From: Podarcis muralis
Taxonomy: Eukaryota
Direction: 5' to 3'
NCBI RefSeq assembly: GCF_964188315.1
Contig: NC_135659.1
Span: forward strand, 39,060,001 to 39,124,000
DNA length: 64,000 nt
The first letter of the stretch is position 1. Every line of letters starts with the position of its first letter. The position numbers and the translations under genes are program-made. The notes below the pieces were generated by a model. That model had not been told where the DNA came from. It did not search any database and worked only from the letters and a program-made list of their open reading frames with translations. Of the stretch, positions 53,801 through 59,800 are shown piece after piece.

Positions 53801-56800
53801 TTGACGGATGAAAAAAAGGATTAAGCAAACATGGAGCAAAAAAAATGAAGAGGGGCCAGTTTATTTCCTGTAAAAGCTACTGGTGCCATTGTCTGCTAGA
53901 GGTGCAAGTAAGCCCAATGCAGTGATGATACACTGGCAAGTGAAATAAGCTGAGAAAGTTTACATTAAACTGGCTCTAAAATAAAGCAAGCATTGATCGT
54001 TGCAGAAGAGAGACGATTTTACAAAAATAAAAATAGCTGCAGCCCTAAAGGTGGACTGAACATAACATAATGTTCATTGTAATGATACATCCTGTGCATT
54101 ATGTAACACTTCTATTCTGACACCATTAGACAAGCAGAGTGCCCAAATAGGTAGCAGCAAAAATTAAAGAGAATCAATTATGTGCTTTGGTGTCAGAATA
54201 TATCCCTTTGAGGTTTTGTTCTGCTCATGAAATTCCCCTGGGCACTTAGAAATTGCTTAGCTTTAGTCAAGTCCTATTTTGAAGACTATATTAAGCTAAA
54301 GTCTACACAGCACACAGTTCTTCCTTCCTCTTGGACATCAATTGTGCCTGATGGCCATTGCAGAACTAGTCAGATTCTGCAGCAAAGCACTGAGCATGGA
54401 AGCACCTAAATGTTCCTCACATGTTTCATATATTACACATATTGTGAGGTGGAAAAAAGTACAGTCATGATCTAAAGTAAGCATTATGGTAGCTATGTTT
54501 TATAATTCTAGAAAAGATATAGAATTCTGTAATTAACAGTTTGTAGGGAACGAAACATTGTTTCCTGGCATCTTAAATACTCGATATATCAGCAAGGATA
54601 TATAGGCAAGGACATTTAATAAACTGTCTAGTGCTTACAGATGTTCTCATCTTTCTCCCTCCCCCCCCCCCAAAAAAAAAACACTTTAACAAGACTGGAG
54701 GAAATATTTCCTCTCCTTCTGGTTGGTATAAAGGTCAGAGTGCTTGTTTCTCTGGAGGGAGCGGGTGGCACTGTGGTCTAAACCACTGAGCCTCTTGGGC
54801 TTGCTGATCAGAAGGTTGGAGGTTCGTATCTGTACAATGGGGTGAGCTCCTGTTGCTCTGTCCCAGCTGCTGCCAAGCTTGCAGTTCGAAAGCATGCCAG
54901 CGCAAGTAGACCAGAAGCAGTTTAGTCATGCTGCCCACATGACCCGGAGAGATGTTGTGGACAAACGCCGGCTCCCTCGGCCTGAAAGCGACATGAGTGT
55001 TGCAACCCCACAGTCGCCTTTGACTGGACTTAACTGTCCAGGGGTCCTTTACCTGTTTTTTGTTTGTTTTGACCTTTCACACATAATGCAAAACACATGA
55101 GCATGGATGTTTCAAGAACAAGATCATGGCTTCTGTGTTACTCCCCTAATTTTCCTGCTGCTGGGTGCTACGAACTAAGTCATAGCTTTACTTTGTGTGC
55201 TATCCTAAATGTCTTGTCCAGACAAACTCAAGAACAAACCTTCGTTACCACTCATTATTTGTCTCACTGTAATGCAAAATGTTTGTCGGACAGCATTGAG
55301 GAGACTTATTTAAGCTAACCAAAGTTTCCAGCTCAGGCACAAATTCTAGCTGGTTTAAACCAAGAGGCATATCCCGTACTCCAATCACCACTGATTTTAA
55401 TGCTGTATTTTTATATTGCTGTAACCCGGACCTAATGGTGAAAGATGTGTAAGAAATTCTAATAATAATATTAGGAATAAACTATTCTTCAGGGCAACTG
55501 AGAATTCTTTTAATGCTGTCAAAAACAATACATGAGAAAAAGGGTCTGAAAAGAAATTAATATTTTTAGCATTCTTTCCATCTCAAACCCTGGTTTAACA
55601 AATGATAAAAATGTGGCATTTCCCCATGTACTGATTTTACTTTATAATTAGAAATAGACATAGCTGTTCATTATCAATCCATCCCACTATTGATACACAC
55701 ACTGCCCTCCATGTGCATGGTCCTGGTTCACATGACTCAGCAAGCTTCAGTTAATCTAAAATGGTGACTCCCACATTATGCAACTGCCCAATTTGGCCCC
55801 AATGCTATAAACTTTTAAGTGGATTATAGAACCTCATTCATATCAGGTAGCCTTCTTCTAAACAAGGCCTTGGTTGTTAGAGAGGTATTTTAACATGAAC
55901 AGCTTTTCATTATCTGAATTTTTTTTTACATTGCTGCTTTACTTGTTAGTGCTGCTGCTATTTTAAGTCTTTTATTATTATGTTTGTATGCTCCATAAGC
56001 TGCCTTGAGTGGGCTGGGGGCAAAAGGTGACTGATAAATTACTTTATAAATAAGCATGGTAAAGGTAGCTCTTACTTCAACCTTTCCATTGGTTTAAGTT
56101 TGTGATTCTATGATAAATGAAAAGGAATGGACAGACATTTTTCCTTACCATTTTTACTGATGTCAAGTTCTTTGAGATTCACTAAACTGGCAATGCTGGT
56201 TGGCAGGCTTGAAAGGTCATTGTCTGGGATACTCAGTTTACGCAGAGCTTGACAGTTGAATAATTGCTGCAAAAACGAGAGAAAATTGGTTATGATCCTT
56301 GCTTTAAATTTTGGTCTAGTGTTAACATTTAGAGGCAATAAAATAAAGCACATTTGCTCATGGCCAGTAAGACCCAGTGTACATGAGGTTGATCTCTAAA
56401 GAGCAGCAGAACATGCTCCCTTTTACATGTCCCTCCCGAGAGTGAATCCTTCAGCTCCCAGGGAAACTCAGTGACAGAACACCTGTTTTGTACATCCCAT
56501 GTTTAAATCCTAGCATTTCCAGGTCTGGCTGGGCTTGCTCTCTGAAACCTTGGAGAACTGCTGCAAAGTAGTGTAGAACTGAGCTATAGGCACCTCAGTA
56601 TAAGACAGCTTCCTATGTTCAGTTGCAGATTAGAGATCCAGACTTCTTAATGGGAGTGATTAGAAACAACAGGCCTACCAATTACAGAAAAACTGGCACA
56701 CAAATGATTGGAGGAGGGAATTATCTTAGAGACCTAAGAATAAGATATTGTACTGGTATACTATGAAATTTAGGTGACCATAAATCTGTTCTTGTAAGAT

Positions 56801-59800
56801 TTTGAAACCATCTCTTCACTTTTTATGATATGTTTATAAAACTCAAAAGGGAGCAGAACTATAATTCAATGTGACCATAGTCCACAATGTTAAAATGCAA
56901 ACAATGTGTAATTAATACTAGTGCTAAAATGCTGGTGAACAAACTATGGACTAACAAAACTCACTTTTAAAAAGCATTCAGTGTGGATTAGCATAGCTAC
57001 CTCATATTTTATGATGGGCCCGATCATCTATTAGCAAAGGACAAAATAAAAATATTGCTCCAGAAAGTCTGAAAGCTACTATACAGAGACCATTAATTTG
57101 TGCTGGTGAATGCAGTAGCTTAATGCAAGCCAATTTACGCTAAGAAAAGAGTTCCTTTTGGAATAATTCTGTCATCTGCTTTTCACTTTGAAAGAAATGG
57201 CAAGTAATGGCAACAATAAGGCAGAGTGAGAAATGCACTCACAAAGGAATCAAATTACTTTGAAGAGCCTTTTAAGATATACATTTTCTCAGGAAATCTT
57301 ATTTAACTCTAAGAAATTATGATGGCATTGAACATTAAGACTCTAATGGGCATAACCAACATGCAATATGTACTTATTTCTTTTACACAGGAATTCATAT
57401 GCTACTAACTGCTGAGCTTTAGGTCGCCCATCTATTTTGTAGTTTTTCAGAATCCTAGCTGCACAAAAAAAAAGTTCCTAAGGGCTCATAGACTATAGAA
57501 CAGGCTTCCTCAACCTCGGCCCTCTAGCAGTTTTTGGACTACAACTCCCATGATCCCTAGCTAGCAGGACCAGTGGTCAGGGATGATGGGAATTGTAGTC
57601 TCAAAACATCTGGAGGGCCAAGGTTGAGGAAGCCTGCTATAGAAGAAGCATTTGGATCTAGAATTTAAGATTATGCTCTCTGCTTTAATAGAGAAATAGC
57701 TCAATGGACAAACCATGTTATAGCTTGTTGAGATTTGGTGTATGGACTATGTAAATGACCTCACTGGCATAAGAAAACACATTTTATAATCAGTGTAGTG
57801 GTTCCACAGAATGAGAAGCATAGAATTAAGTTCATGTACATTTTTATGGGTACAGCTAAGGTCACCAAAAGTTCCAAGATTTCAAACTACATGTTCTTAG
57901 CATAAGAGTTCAAAATGGAGAGCCGATGAGTTTGAAAAGTTATTTTTATTGATATCAATGCAAATCTCAGCTAGATGAATTAAGAAAAAGGTAACGTTAT
58001 TGTAGCATGAATCCTGGGGGCAGGGAATGCCTTTTAACTTGCACTGTAACATCCTGGCAATTTTGCCACAGTTGCTGTCCTGGATCAAGTGAGGAGAGGG
58101 TCTAATCTATCTACTATCTACAGATAAACAAGCTACTGTATTTTTTGCACCATAACACTCACTTTTTCTCTCCCAGAAAGTAAGGGGAAATGTCTGTGCC
58201 TGTTATGGAGGGAATGCCTACGGGTGGCGGGGGTGATCTGCTGCAGTTGTGAGAAGAGGATCCATGGTTCCCCTTCCTTCCCTCCTCCGTGGCTCGCTTT
58301 GAAACAGCAAAGCAGGAGAAGAGCCGTTGAGTGGGGAGGAGAGAGGGACAGAGAGCCTGCTTCTTTAAAGGAGCAAAGCGGGAAAGGAGAGGAGCCGCTT
58401 ACACAAGTGTAAGCGGCTCCTGTCCGGTTGGTTCCTTTAAAGCAAGCAGGCTCTCTGTCCCTCTCTCCTCCCCACTCAGCTCGCTACATAGCAGCAAAGT
58501 TTTTCAGCTCGCTAAGCCAGGGATGAGCGGGGAGGAGGGAGAAAAGCAGAGCCTGCTTGCTTTAAAGGAGCAAAGTGGGAGAGGAGAGGAGCCTTCTCCC
58601 CTTATACCCCTCTTCTTCATTATTAGCAGCATCCTTCTCCACCTACCCCACGCGTGCTTCTTCTCCCCTTAAACCCCTCTTCTGCATTATTAGCAGCATC
58701 CTTCTCCACACACCCCATGCGTGTTCCTTCTCCCCTTAAACCCCTCTTCTGCATTATTAGCAGCATCCTTCTCCACACACCCTACGCATGCTCCTTGTCC
58801 CTTGAGTGCTTTTCCTTCCCTCCCCACTTAAAACGTGGTTACAAAGCACGGATCCACATGGATCCTCAGGATTTTTGCACTGGGTCACCCCAAATTCACC
58901 ATCAGATCACATAGCATGTCCATGGCTACATCTTGCACCAAAAAAATCACGCACCCACTGTTGCTTGGGGCCGCAGTGGTGCAAAAACGTTGTTACAAAG
59001 CATGGATCCACATGGATCCTCAGGATTTTTGCATATTCAACAGCATTTTCTATAAAGACTTCATAGATTATCACATATTTTAATGAGGTGCTGTACTTCT
59101 CACTCAACTATCTATTACGCACAAAATTATATTGTGATGTACTTGTGACCGCATGTTAAAATTCCATGCTAGAATCTCTTTTTAAAATGTGATAGTCGAG
59201 ATGACACATTTTGTGTTCTACACACACACGCATCGAGAAAGTGGAATCCCTTTTTAAAAAAAGTCTCTTTAAATTATTATTAAATAGTAACCATACATTA
59301 TGATTAAAATGAAGCAATAACTCTGAACTATCTACCGACAAATTGACCTCTATCACACACCATTTCATCTCTATGAGGCAGAAAAATATGATTTGGTATC
59401 TGGAGTCTTCTCTATCAACAGATACATACAGCTGAGTAAATGACTCACTTCTCTATATCACTTTTCCTTCAACCCCCTGGAGAGTATAACTAAATTGCTT
59501 CTCCAGTTATAAACAATTGCCCGGTGGAGTGAATAAACCACTGCACTGAGCATCCAAATTTGGCTAAAGAGGCAAGAAAAGGGGAGACAGTTTAGCAACA
59601 GAACAATACAGAGTTGGCAACATCTACCCAAGTCAAGCAGTTTTAAGTTCCTCCACTGAAGTCAATGAGACTTAATAATTTGGAATGAAGGATACTGTGT
59701 AGCTTTGGCTAGAGCAGGGGTCTGCAACCCGCGGCTCCGGAGCCGCATGTGGCTCTTTTAGACCTTTGCCGCGGCTCCGGGGTGGATACTAGCATGGGGA

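Noticed and set aside
58594-58794. 67-bp repeats as a CRISPR-like array
   Set aside because: The units are contiguous with no unique spacers, and the context is a eukaryotic intron.
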